A stretch of DNA of 64,000 nucleotides from positions 722-64,721 of the forward strand of contig WANO01000038.1 of the NCBI GenBank assembly GCA_015521765.1, written 5' to 3'. The notes beneath the pieces are model-generated. The model was given only the letters and a program-made list of their open reading frames with translations. It was not told the DNA's origin and searched no databases. Of the stretch, positions 28,967-39,800 are shown piece after piece. This stretch comes from Desulfurococcales archaeon (GTDB taxonomy: Archaea > Thermoproteota > Thermoprotei_A > Sulfolobales > AG1). The translations under genes were made by a program, and so were the position numbers. Within the stretch, counting starts at the first letter, position 1; the number at the start of each line of letters is the position of its first letter.

Positions 28967-30742
28967 TTAGGCGTATTTCCTGAAGAACTCAACTATAGCG
29001 AGCATCTGCCTCAGTATGTTCTCGACCCTCTGGGGGCCATGTCCCTCCTCCGGCACAACATGTAGCTCGAATGTTTTTCCTAGCTCATGCAACTTCAAGG
29101 CGTATTTCAATACAGGCTTTAGAGGCACCCTGGAGTCGTTTGCTCTATGCCATATTAGTAGTGGTGCCTTAAGGTTTTCAGCAAAGTATGTTGGGGATCT
29201 ATCTATATACAGATCCTTCCTCTCATCAGGCCTACCCTTGAATAGCCTTTCGATGAAGCTTCTAAATATAGCGTCTGACAGCTCATACATCTCGATCCAG
29301 TCGACAACGCCTACAGCCGCTGCTGCAGCCCTCCACAGATCGGGCTCCTTAACGGTTGCCAGAAACGTCATGTACCCCCCGTAGCTTGCTCCAAATATAA
29401 ATACCTTGCTGGGGTCCGCTATACCTTTCTCTATAGCAAACTCCCTAGCCTTAACCACGTCTTTGAGGTCCCCTCCTCCTACATCGCCTATATTCATCTT
29501 CATGAATTCGGAGCCGTACCCAGTTGATCCTCTGAAGTTCGGCGCTATAACATGGAAGCCCGAGACAACGAAGGCCTGTATGCTTGGGAACCACTCGTCG
29601 GACACCTCCCACCATGGGCCTCCATGAACCCACACTACTGTTGGGCCTGGTGTCTTGGCCTTTGGGGATTTTATTAGGTATGCTGGTATCTCTAGCCCGT
29701 CGAAGGATCTATATGTTATGAATTCCGGCTTACCCATGGATGCTTTTAGATCTTCGCTAACATCTTGAGTATATATAGCCTTGGGCTTCATGCTCAACCC
29801 AACCTCATATATGCCTGGTGGCGTGTTCATGTTTGAGTGCTGTACTATGAACCTATCCCTATCCAGCTGTTCTGCGTAGGATATCGATCCCTCTGGAGTC
29901 TCGATCTCTCTATATCCCTCGTTGAGATACTCTATAATAAGCCTCGATCTACCATTCTTCCACGCCACATACCATATCCCATCTCCATCCTCAAGCCACC
30001 CGTATGGCCCGAAGTCCAAGCCGTGGACCTGTGATCCTGTATTCTTCACCTCCTCTGTTTCAAGATCCATTATAGCTAGCTCGTTAAACCCTCTGTAGTC
30101 GGTTTTGAATAGCACTTTCCTCCCTTCAGGATCTATTTTTGGTGCTGTATTCATCGAGCCCTCTTTAGGGGTTTTGATTCTCGCTTCCGAATTCTCTAGA
30201 TCATATATAATGATCTCTGTAGAATAGGGATTACCCGTTGTTCTCCCGCTACACGCTATCAGTGCTTTCTTTCTATCTGACACAAATATGCCCTTCTTAA
30301 CTTCATATAGATTCTCATATGAGCCGTCCAGCTTCATTAAGGCCAGGAAGTTTGAGGCTTCATCGCTATATGTAAAAGCTATAGACTCCCCTACATCATC
30401 GAGCTTTATGCCAGTCACCCTAACCGGTTTAAGGTTCGATATCTGCTTCTCTCTACCCTGGGAGTCCGTTGCATATATCTGGTGTCTCTCGTTTCCTCCA
30501 CGGTCCCTGGCGAATATGACTAGATCCAGATCCCTGGCTACATCGGCATGCATGACTCTATCATCGCCGAAGGATATCTGTCTCATAGATCGCGATACCA
30601 GATCGAGGCTCCAAAGCTGATTAACGCCAGATCTATTCGATACAACAGCGAGAAAACGGCCAGAACCGAATAAGCCAACACCAGATAGAGAGGGGATCCG
30701 GAACAGCTCCTCAACAAGCTCGCGATACAAGATATACACCAA
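28967..30742 (-). CDS. S9 prolyl-oligopeptidase-family serine peptidase (paralogue type A)
   Basis: N-terminal beta-propeller-like region. GASYGGYMT nucleophile elbow, NDSRVP (Asp) and EEGHGP (His). No signal peptide. Confidence 0.85.
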   Translation of the reverse strand: MVYILYRELVEELFRIPSLSGVGLFGSGRFLAVVSNRSGVNQLWSLDLVSRSMRQISFGDDRVMHADVARDLDLVIFARDRGGNERHQIYATDSQGREKQISNLKPVRVTGIKLDDVGESIAFTYSDEASNFLALMKLDGSYENLYEVKKGIFVSDRKKALIACSGRTTGNPYSTEIIIYDLENSEARIKTPKEGSMNTAPKIDPEGRKVLFKTDYRGFNELAIMDLETEEVKNTGSQVHGLDFGPYGWLEDGDGIWYVAWKNGRSRLIIEYLNEGYREIETPEGSISYAEQLDRDRFIVQHSNMNTPPGIYEVGLSMKPKAIYTQDVSEDLKASMGKPEFITYRSFDGLEIPAYLIKSPKAKTPGPTVVWVHGGPWWEVSDEWFPSIQAFVVSGFHVIAPNFRGSTGYGSEFMKMNIGDVGGGDLKDVVKAREFAIEKGIADPSKVFIFGASYGGYMTFLATVKEPDLWRAAAAAVGVVDWIEMYELSDAIFRSFIERLFKGRPDERKDLYIDRSPTYFAENLKAPLLIWHRANDSRVPLKPVLKYALKLHELGKTFELHVVPEEGHGPQRVENILRQMLAIVEFFRKYA

Positions 30743-30788
30743 CCAAAAATAGCTATAGAAACAATATAAAACTTAAAAACACAGAAAA

Positions 30789-30798
30789 CTTTTAAAAG
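30789..30798 (+). promoter_or_regulatory. putative TATA box for tRNA-Ser
   Basis: CTTTTAAAAG centred about 28 nt upstream of tRNA position 1. Confidence 0.4.
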
Positions 30799-30821
30799 AG
30801 TAAACCACATAATAATTTTGG

Positions 30822-30909
30822 GCCGGGGTCGCCTAGCCTGGTAGGGCGCCGGCCTGCTAAGCCGGTGGGGACCACCCCCGCGCGGGTTCAAATCCCGCCC
30901 CCGGCGCCA
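30822..30909 (+). tRNA. tRNA-Ser(GCT), CCA encoded
   Basis: GCCGGGG-TC-GCCT-AGCCTGGTA-GGGC-G-CCGGC-CTGCTAA-GCCGG-[long variable arm TGGGGACCACCCCCGC]-GCGGG-TTCAAAT-CCCGC-CCCCGGC-G-CCA. Confidence 0.9.
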
Positions 30910-30959
30910 TTCTATTTTAGACTTGGGTTGTCGATATATAATTGCTATGGAGCCAAACT

Positions 30960-32042
30960 ATGAAGCTGTATATTGACAGCAGCTATAGAACGTCTCTTGG
31001 TGTTGGATTCTATAATAGGTATAGAGAGCTTCGAGCTCTGGATCAATACCTCAAGGCCAACAGAACACTAATTGTATACGGCCCCAGGAATGTTGGGAAA
31101 AGCGAGCTTATGTCATACTGGATCAAGAAAAATAGTAGCGGAGGTTTTTTCCTAGTAGTAGACGCCAGAGAAAAAAGAGTAGATTCTCTAGGCTTCAATA
31201 CGGATAGATTGAAACCTGACTTCCAGAGGTTTAGAGAAGAGCTTACGGGTATTGTGAAGACTCATCTGGAGAAAAAATCCACCCTTATAGGTATACTTCT
31301 GGAAATTATAGCTATGGTTAGAGACGTAATACGTCAGTATCTCTCAAAAGAATTAATAATATTTGTAGATGAATTCCACCTACTGCCCGGATATTTTGGT
31401 GATGCGACCAGCAGTAGAGAGCTGATGAAGGATCTCGAGGCTGTAGCTGGGCTACTTGCTAAAAGAAGCGATATAAATGCTAGACTTATAGCGACTATAA
31501 GTGAGGGATTCTTGGTAATGGATCATGAGTTGCGCAGCAGATTGGTCGGTTACTCTACAGGGTATTTTCTGGTTGAGGAAATGGATGGTGCTCACTTCAA
31601 GGCTTTATTTGATGAATACAGCGGGAGATGGGGGTGTAATGTGGGTTATAGCGGGTTCATATCTATAGTGGGTGGTGTCCCGGGATACCTTAGGGATATA
31701 TGCCCTAGGTCGAGGGATGATCTAAAAACCTACATCTTAAATATGGTAGGTGATTTCGAATATGCTATTAGCGTTATAGGTAAGAGAATGGGCATAGGCT
31801 CTAGAAGGGTTATAGAGATGATATATAGGCTGTTTATAGATGGCTATCCAGCGCAGCGGGACCCCGACCTATATGATGTGGGAAGAATGCTTGTGGAGAG
31901 AAATATAGCGTACATCAAATACACTGATAGGGGTATGGTGTTTAGGCCACAGATCAATCTGTATAAAAAGATAGTTGAGTTGGCATATAGAGAAGGTACA
32001 GACTCTCTCATGGATCTATCTAGCCGTATAGATTTTCTTTAA
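30960..32042 (+). CDS. archaeal ATPase (Arch_ATPase/AAA, PF01637-like)
   Basis: FYNRYRELRALDQYL...LIVYGPRNVGKSELM (Walker A) and IIFVDEFH (Walker B). The 3' end overlaps the convergent S9 gene by 23 nt. Confidence 0.6.
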   Translation: MKLYIDSSYRTSLGVGFYNRYRELRALDQYLKANRTLIVYGPRNVGKSELMSYWIKKNSSGGFFLVVDAREKRVDSLGFNTDRLKPDFQRFREELTGIVKTHLEKKSTLIGILLEIIAMVRDVIRQYLSKELIIFVDEFHLLPGYFGDATSSRELMKDLEAVAGLLAKRSDINARLIATISEGFLVMDHELRSRLVGYSTGYFLVEEMDGAHFKALFDEYSGRWGCNVGYSGFISIVGGVPGYLRDICPRSRDDLKTYILNMVGDFEYAISVIGKRMGIGSRRVIEMIYRLFIDGYPAQRDPDLYDVGRMLVERNIAYIKYTDRGMVFRPQINLYKKIVELAYREGTDSLMDLSSRIDFL

Positions 32043-33996
32043 ACCACTCAACTATAATTTTGAGCCTTTCAACACGGTGCTTAGGCTTTCCACTCCTGCT
32101 CAGCTCGTGGTTCTCTCCGGGAAATATGACTAGCTTTGTCTTAACGCCGTTGAGCTTTAGGGCGGTGAAGAACTCTATAGCCTGATCGAGCCAGCATCTA
32201 TAGTCCTCCACGCTATGGATTATGAGTGTGGGTGTTTTAGCGTTTTTAACATGCATCACTGGACTTTTAGCTAGGTATGTATCGGGATCCTCCCAAGGTG
32301 TTTTCCCACAGCCTATCTGTCCTGCGTTGAAGTAGAAGCCTATATCGGTTGTTCCGAACTTGCTTATCCAATCGCTTATAGATCTCTCTGTGAGGGCCGC
32401 CTTAAACCTGTCTGTGTGGGTTACTATCCAGTTGGTCATGAATCCACCGTAGCTACCTCCAGCAACACCTATGTTTACGGGGTCTAAGCGATCCCCAAAC
32501 TCCTTGAGTACGTAGTCTACAGCCTCCATAAGATCCTGGTAGTCCCTCTCGCCGAAGCGGCATCTTATATCGGCGAACTCCTCCGAGTAGCCATCGCTAC
32601 CCCTCGGGTTTGTGTATACAACTGCGAATCCTTTATGGCTTAGGAGATGGAACTCGAATAGAAATCCCTCACCATACATTGTTTTTGGACCGCCATGTAT
32701 ATATAGGATCCACGGGATCTTCTTGTTCTCCTTAACGGCGCTCTCTGGAGGCATAAGGATCCATCCATCGATCTCCTTCCCATCACTAGCCTTAAACCTA
32801 AAGTATCTGGGCCTCCCAATATCGAAAACCTCAAGGAATCCCTTGTTGAACTCGGTGAGCTTCCCGACCTCACCACTGCTATATACATAGAGCTCCTTGG
32901 GCTCGAAAGAGCTCATAGCTGTGAAAACTATATTGCTGCCTTTTGCATCAACACTGAACTCGTCGACACTGAATCTAGGCAGATCAATGACCGGTGTCGG
33001 CTCGCCACCAGGCCTGCTGCGGTAGAGCTTAACCCTCCCGCCATCAGATACCATGTAGTATATGTATCCATCCTCGCCCCAATGGAGGTGTGGGGAGCAA
33101 CTTGGCCCTCTAACGTCGCTATTAAGCGTGTTCTCTGTATTTCTATTAAGCTCCTCATCTCTATAGCATGATACACATGAAAGCTCCTGGGAGCTTAGAT
33201 CGTATACGAAAACCTTGAAGTGTGAGGCGAATGTTCTCCCCTTCTCGATCTCTCTCCCCAGAAAAGCTATTTTGGAGCCGTCGGTAGACCAGGTTAGGGA
33301 CGTGATCGAGAAGCCTTGTATGGGTAGCTCACTCTTCTCGCCAGACCTGGTGTCTAGTATATATACTCTCGATACGTAGGGCTTCAGCTCCTCGACGCTT
33401 GCTGCGTAGGCTATTTTAGATCCATCAGGTGACCACGAGGCTGTGGACACATTTATATTTCCTTCGGTAGCCTGGGTAACTAAACCGCTCAATGTATCTA
33501 CTATGAAGACGTGCCTAAATAGGTTGTATGTGAATCCTTCAGCATTCCTCCATATAGGGATCCTTTCAATAATCTTAACGTCTTCATGGATCTCGCCAAC
33601 CTTAGATATAACCAAAAGCCTCCTCGAATCTGGATTCCATTTAACCTCCTGAATACCACCCTTGAAGTAGGCCACTTTCCATGGCTCGGAATCTATAGAT
33701 CTCATGAGATAGAGCTCTGAACCCTTATCCTGATCGCCTAAGCCGCGTCTAGACTGGAACACAAACCTGCTTCCGTCTGGGCTCCATAGGGGGCATGTGT
33801 CTGTAGGGCCGTTCAGTACTGTTTCATATGTTCTTGAGTCTAGATCGGCTATCCATATAGTTGAATCATACCTATCCTTCTCGATATTTATTCTGGTCAC
33901 CGTGAACAGCGCTTTTCTGCCAGACCTCTCTATAGAGGGGCTTGATACAAGAACAACCTTATCCAGATCACTATGCTCGAGAAGCCTCATAACCAA
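32020..33996 (-). CDS. S9 family serine peptidase, acylaminoacyl-peptidase-like (paralogue type B)
   Basis: Beta-propeller repeats (WSPDGS x3), GGSYGGFMT, EDYRC (Asp) and GENHEL (His). Confidence 0.85.
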   Translation of the reverse strand: MVMRLLEHSDLDKVVLVSSPSIERSGRKALFTVTRINIEKDRYDSTIWIADLDSRTYETVLNGPTDTCPLWSPDGSRFVFQSRRGLGDQDKGSELYLMRSIDSEPWKVAYFKGGIQEVKWNPDSRRLLVISKVGEIHEDVKIIERIPIWRNAEGFTYNLFRHVFIVDTLSGLVTQATEGNINVSTASWSPDGSKIAYAASVEELKPYVSRVYILDTRSGEKSELPIQGFSITSLTWSTDGSKIAFLGREIEKGRTFASHFKVFVYDLSSQELSCVSCYRDEELNRNTENTLNSDVRGPSCSPHLHWGEDGYIYYMVSDGGRVKLYRSRPGGEPTPVIDLPRFSVDEFSVDAKGSNIVFTAMSSFEPKELYVYSSGEVGKLTEFNKGFLEVFDIGRPRYFRFKASDGKEIDGWILMPPESAVKENKKIPWILYIHGGPKTMYGEGFLFEFHLLSHKGFAVVYTNPRGSDGYSEEFADIRCRFGERDYQDLMEAVDYVLKEFGDRLDPVNIGVAGGSYGGFMTNWIVTHTDRFKAALTERSISDWISKFGTTDIGFYFNAGQIGCGKTPWEDPDTYLAKSPVMHVKNAKTPTLIIHSVEDYRCWLDQAIEFFTALKLNGVKTKLVIFPGENHELSRSGKPKHRVERLKIIVEWFKENLYG

Positions 33997-34098
33997 TGCT
34001 GGTTCACCAGATAAACTTTAGTTGGTTACCCTTATTAAATGCGTGAGTAAACATGTATGAGGATCTTTAATGGATCTAGAGGAAAAAACTTACGGCGT

Positions 34099-35640
34099 CT
34101 ACATCCTTCTCCTCAGTCTAGGCTCGACAATAGTTTCTGCCGCGAGGCCCAGTAGGACGAAGGTTAATGCTGTGATCCCAATCAATATCCCTGGAGGAAA
34201 GATCCACCACCAAACCCCGTAGGAGCCGCCAGCACCAATATATGCTCTAGCCTCAGCAAGAATACTGCCCCAGGTAGGAAGGCCATGCCTAACGCCAATA
34301 ACGCTTAACCCGGCCTCAGCCAGGATCGCTCCCGGAACCGAGAACACCAGACTCGCCATCATGTAGGGTATAAGCTGCGGGATTATATGTCGGAAGATTA
34401 TCCTGACATTAGATGCTCCAAGGGCCCTTGCAGCCTCTATATAGGGTTCCGCCTTTATGCTTAACGTCATGGACCTTATAATTATTGCCAGGCCTCCCCA
34501 GCTGAATACTACGAGGAAGGCTATTATTATAAATAACCTCTCCCATGCACTAACGTTCCACTCCTGAACAATGACGCCTATAAGGATCAGTATTGGGAGC
34601 AGAGGTATATTACCGATGATATCGACAGTCCTCTGGATAGCGTCATCGACTACTCCACCATAGTAGCCGCTTATTACTCCAGCAATCATCCCTATCAAGA
34701 CTGCTGATACAGCTGCAAATATCCCTATGAGGAGAGCTACTGGGAAGCCGTATAGGAGCCCTAGAAACAGATCTCTACCTGCATCATCTGTGCCGGCTAA
34801 CCCATATGCTGAACCTTTAACTATAATGGTTATCTCTCTAGCCCCAAGGCCCTTGGATTCCATTATGGTTTTAAGGTCTCTTGGATCGACTCCTGGAGCT
34901 AGGTAGGATACCACTATATCTATGCTATACGATCCCTGGAGAGGTCTTGTATAGAAGTTTTCTCCAACAACCTCTCCAAACAGATAGAAGTTTATGATCT
35001 TTTTAGCTACATCCTGGGGGACATTAAGTTTTCTCTCGATCCATGCAGCAGCCGTATCCTGATCAAGCCTGATATCCTTTCCAGCAAGGGACTTTAGGGT
35101 TAGTGTTTCAGGAGCGTTTATAAGTATCTGGCTACCGTCGGGGCGGTTCAAAAATACATACACCACAATCTGGGGCTCAACCATCCTGCCCCTAATGGTT
35201 ATCGTTCCATAGCCAACCTCAGCAAACCTAACCAGAATGCTCTGGGGGTATGCGTCGCTGTCGAGGACATATGTTGCCGAGAACCTCTGTATGTAGCCGA
35301 AGAGCTGTATATCATCGATAAAGAAGGGCTCCAGATAGACCTTGGATTCGACCGGTCTATTCAGCTCTATAATAGCGTGTCTAGCTACAGGGAAGCCGAA
35401 GAACCTAATCCATTCGGGCGGCGCAACAAAGGGGTTGGTGTCCCACTCCTTACGGTTGTTCCATACGCTATCGAAGTTGGAGGGCATAACTATTGTTGTA
35501 TATATAGATATAGCCACAAGAAATACCAGCAGTATAAGCCCAGCCTTACCCATGCTCTGTGCCCAAACCTCGCCGAACGCACCCTTGAAGGCTCTATATA
35601 TCGGGTCTAGAGGCGATCTCTTCAACTGATACGTGCTCAT
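34099..35640 (-). CDS. ABC peptide-type transporter permease (OppC/DppC-like) with large extracytoplasmic insertion
   Basis: GTDDAGRDLF and EAA loop YIEAARALGASNVRIIFRHIIP. 513 aa. Confidence 0.85.
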   Translation of the reverse strand: MSTYQLKRSPLDPIYRAFKGAFGEVWAQSMGKAGLILLVFLVAISIYTTIVMPSNFDSVWNNRKEWDTNPFVAPPEWIRFFGFPVARHAIIELNRPVESKVYLEPFFIDDIQLFGYIQRFSATYVLDSDAYPQSILVRFAEVGYGTITIRGRMVEPQIVVYVFLNRPDGSQILINAPETLTLKSLAGKDIRLDQDTAAAWIERKLNVPQDVAKKIINFYLFGEVVGENFYTRPLQGSYSIDIVVSYLAPGVDPRDLKTIMESKGLGAREITIIVKGSAYGLAGTDDAGRDLFLGLLYGFPVALLIGIFAAVSAVLIGMIAGVISGYYGGVVDDAIQRTVDIIGNIPLLPILILIGVIVQEWNVSAWERLFIIIAFLVVFSWGGLAIIIRSMTLSIKAEPYIEAARALGASNVRIIFRHIIPQLIPYMMASLVFSVPGAILAEAGLSVIGVRHGLPTWGSILAEARAYIGAGGSYGVWWWIFPPGILIGITALTFVLLGLAAETIVEPRLRRRM

Positions 35641-36725
35641 AGAGACACCCTTGGATCTAGAATGACGTAAAGCACCTCAAGGATAAACCTTGCGACTATA
35701 TAGACCAGGGTCGTTATATACACCAAACCGATAATGGTTGGGGAGTCGCCCGTGGTTATCGCTGCGTAGTATAGCAGGCCGATGCCCGGCCAATCAAACA
35801 CGGACTCTGTTATTATGAACCCGCCTATAGACCCCGCTAACCCTAGTATTATAAGGGTCATGGCGGGGCCGGCTATAACCCTGAGAACATAGTGCCTTAT
35901 AACCTGTCTTTCGGGAAGGCCCTTGGCTTTAGCCATGAAGACATAGTCCTCGCTAACCACTCTTATGGCTATGGCCCTAACCGAGTATAGCCAGCCGCCC
36001 AATATGCCGATGACCACAACGATTATTGGTAGATATGCGTAGTATAGTATGTTGATAAAGCTCGTGAAGGGATCCTCCCAGAATCTATTTATGTATGATA
36101 TAACCCCTCTATAGCTTGTGGGAGCGATCTTGAGCTGGAAACCAACAAAATATATAGCAACGATAGCCAGCCACCATATTGGAAGGGCGTTAGTGAATGC
36201 CGCGTAGCTTATAGAGAGCTTATCCCATATACTACCCCTCCTATATGCTATAAACGGGGCTAGAGGCAGCGCGATAGCTATAGAGATTAGCTGAGCTATA
36301 GTGAGCATTATGATTGTTCTCGGGAGAGTTATAAGGATCGCGTCAGAAACCCTAACCGGGGGTTGAAGACCAGCTATATTTGCGACCTCCTCACTAAGCG
36401 AATACCCGAGATTAAGTATCATGGCGTTGAAAGCCATCGGTATGACCCGCTCCCACCATGGCTTATCGAGCCCGTAGTAGCTTATTAGGAACTGCTCCCG
36501 TTCCTTGATAAGCTTCTCTATATCCTCACCCGACCCCTTAAGTTGTTGTCTGAGGGCCTGACTATATGCTTGGAGTTCCGTAACAACAATGGCCTTAAGT
36601 ATCTTTTCATCATATCCAGTAGCCCCAAGGATTACTGCTGTTAGTAGCATAATGACTACGAGAGCTACAGATAGTAAAATAGCTCTCTTAGCCAGTATCC
36701 TAGGAATTCTTCCTCTCGCACTCAT
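35637..36725 (-). CDS. ABC peptide-type transporter permease (OppB/DppB-like)
   Basis: EAA loop YVFMAKAKGLPERQVIRHYVLR. 4-nt overlap with the downstream permease. Confidence 0.85.
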   Translation of the reverse strand: MSARGRIPRILAKRAILLSVALVVIMLLTAVILGATGYDEKILKAIVVTELQAYSQALRQQLKGSGEDIEKLIKEREQFLISYYGLDKPWWERVIPMAFNAMILNLGYSLSEEVANIAGLQPPVRVSDAILITLPRTIIMLTIAQLISIAIALPLAPFIAYRRGSIWDKLSISYAAFTNALPIWWLAIVAIYFVGFQLKIAPTSYRGVISYINRFWEDPFTSFINILYYAYLPIIVVVIGILGGWLYSVRAIAIRVVSEDYVFMAKAKGLPERQVIRHYVLRVIAGPAMTLIILGLAGSIGGFIITESVFDWPGIGLLYYAAITTGDSPTIIGLVYITTLVYIVARFILEVLYVILDPRVSL

Positions 36726-36817
36726 TTATAAAACCCCTTAAATACCGTAGAATTTAAACATGAAAAAATAAAAATTTAAATAAGACAAATTAAATTATTC
36801 GTTATTGTCTCACTCTA

Positions 36818-39800
36818 TTATCCGCCGCCTCTACGCATAACCAGTAGAGCTATAGCCACTAGAAGCAACACTAGGTTGGCTATAGATACCATCATAGCTG
36901 TACTTGCTGTTGAGCCTGCCTCCTCAGCCTTAGTGAGTACTTCAGTAATCATATCGGATAACTGCTGGACATCGCTTTTATCTGCTTTACCCTCTACAGC
37001 TACAGATAGCTTATCTATAGATGAGGCTAGCTCGCTCCTCACCTCTTCAACTCTCGATGATACAGCGTCTATTCTGTTTGATAGCTCCTCGGTTACACCA
37101 GTAACCTCTCTAAGGCCCTCGGTAACGTCTCTTAGACCCGCCGTAAATGTGTCGCTCAGATCGCTTATAGACCTACTTACGCCAGTAGCCAACTCCTGGA
37201 TCGATGTAGTAACCCTCTCACCAAGAGCCTCTCTGAGAGCCTCGAGCCTCGACTCAAACTGCTGCTGTAGGCTCTCTCTCAGGTTTTCGATGCTACTTTC
37301 AATATCGCTTATCCTCTCCTCGATACCCGATATCCTCTCCTCAACATTGCTTATCCTCTCCTCAACGCCTGAAATCTCCTCCTGGATAATCTTTCTCGTA
37401 GCCGCCGCAGTCTGCAATATAACCACACGCTCATCGGGAAGAGCTATCTGACCACTGAACGCCGTCACTATAAGCTCGTAGGCCGAGAACTCGGCTAGCT
37501 TTGAAGTGATCTCTGCAGATAGCTCTATAGTGAACACTCCAGGAGCTGTCTGCGTTGCCCAGTCAGATGCTACAACCTCGCCTGTTGCTGGATCCCTTAT
37601 TATGAACCTGACCGACAGAGGCTCCGGACCACTAACCTGCACTGTGATCTTTGCCGGCTCGCCCGGAGCAATCAGTGGCGAGACAACCCTCAGCACTGAA
37701 ACCGTTTCTGGTATTCCAAAGAAGCTTTCAGCCACAGTCATTGGGTATGTCGGGTCTCTAAACGCCTCCAATGTTAATTGCTGCGCATCCTTATCGAATG
37801 AGGTCAGCATGAATGGTCCCTGGCTTATCCAGGCTAAACCATATCTATCTATCCAGGATATCGCGGCATCAATCCTTCTATTCCACTCCTCCATAGACAT
37901 CAATGTCGTTCCATCAGGCAACGTGAAGAATCCTTTATATCTGTCGTACTGGGCCTTGAGATCGTTCAGAGTTATCCTCACATCCTCAACATGCTCCTTA
38001 ATAACTAGGCTCAGCTGAGGAATATTCTCGGCTCTCGCCCTAGTCTCGTCTAAAGCATACAACTTCTCGACGAAGGCCAAGGTATCCATCGCAGCGATCA
38101 GCTCGAACGGGTTATCTAGGAAGTTAAAGCCGCTTATTGCGTAGTCAGCTATGTATCCTGGATCGAAGTGCCAGAAGTTCACATAGACCTCCAGCTTGTT
38201 TTCTTCTGGGAGAGGTCTAAACGCTACAAACCCGTCATAGATCTGTCTTGAAGGACCAGCTATCGCAGCCTCTATCTGGCTCTTCTCCGGATCGTAGACT
38301 ATATCCAGTATCTCAGCAATATACCCTATTATATCAGCAAACGTTATCTGCTGGCCATGATGCCAGTTAGAGCCAACAATTCTTGAGTAGTCAAACACAA
38401 CCTTGCTTGTCGCCTGTGTTCTTCCAAGCTCAGACGCATACACCCATCTATCGTTCTCGGCATCCCACCAGATCGCGTCGGATGGAACATCGAGCTTTCC
38501 TTCAGGGCCTGCTGTCTCTACATCAAAACTTACTCTAAACGGAAGCACCTCTCCCGTGAATGGATGCCTCCATATTCCTGGATCGTTGGTTGCCCTCATA
38601 GGATCAACGCTATATACATCGTCAAATCCTCCCAGAGGATTCCATACCGTTCTAGCTGTCCATACCCACAGATGCCCGACTCTAAGCGTGTCTTTTCCAG
38701 GTATATTGATAGCTCTAAAGTTGAATAGTGATCTGAGCCCAGCACCAAGATCGACGGTGACTCCCTGTAGATCCTCTCTAGTCGCATATCCGCTTAATAC
38801 AGCCACAATCCATATCCTTATAGATTCCTGGATAGCTAGATCGGTACCAGTCCTTAGATACTCGATCCACTGCTCCTTACTGTTAACCCTGCCCAGGAAT
38901 GTGCTCATGCTGTAGAAGTCTATAGTATCATTCTTATAGTTCCACCAGTCGGGGACACCCCATCCTGGAGCCCAGCCAAGCCATGCAGCACCGAAGAACG
39001 CTAGGTTGCCAGGATCCCATTTATCTATAGCTCCTTTACCCCATCCCTCGGTATAGAAGAACCACTCAAAGTTAAACGGGTCGGTTGCATAAACCTTGGT
39101 GATGGCCTCACCGAACGTTAGTTCGAGAGGCTGCACCTGTATACCCAGGTTTCTGAGCTCGTTAGCAAAGATCCTACCAATATCGAGTCTTTCATCCTCA
39201 ACCCTTATAATACCTAGAACCTGGACAGGCTTACCATTATAGTACCAGGTTCCATCCCTCATTTCAGCACCTATAGCCTCAAATACGCTCTGCACCGCCT
39301 GCTTAGCTCTATCAGGATCATAGGTGAATTTATATTTAGCTATAACATCGGCAAGCTCTACATACACAGGATCGTCAGGGCCATAAAGCGCAAACTTTGG
39401 TATAGCGTAGCCAGCATAGACGTTTTTAACAATAAAGTCCCTATCAACCACAAAGTTCAAATTGAATCTGATATCTCTAAAACAGAACGGGTTAATATCG
39501 ACGTTTTCAGCCTCTCTCACAACCTCCACGTCGTCTGGCAACCCGCCTAGAGGCTTTGCACATAGCTCAACGTACGTCTTATCCTCCTGAGGCTCAAAAT
39601 ATGCTATAACAAGCGGGTGGACACCAAGCCTCTCGGCTAGGGCCTCCTTATCGTTGAACACTCCAGGAACATTAACTAGCAGGACTGGAGCGGGGTTAAG
39701 ACCTATATCAACGAGGCCTGACGGCGCGAAATACACCTTTATACCCGGCTTGCCCGCAAGCTCCTGCAGGGCCTTGGGTCTTAGTGCAAAGAGGTATAGG

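Noticed and set aside
30583-30891. 102-aa minus-strand ORF
   Set aside because: It overlaps the tRNA-Ser gene in antisense and the start of the S9 peptidase gene. It has no motif and is spurious.
36876-38915. Three plus-strand ORFs of 170-191 aa (36876..37451, 37506..38018, 38403..38915)
   Set aside because: All are antisense to the 1059-aa SBP gene, Ser/Leu-rich and without motifs. They are artefacts of a long ORF on the other strand.
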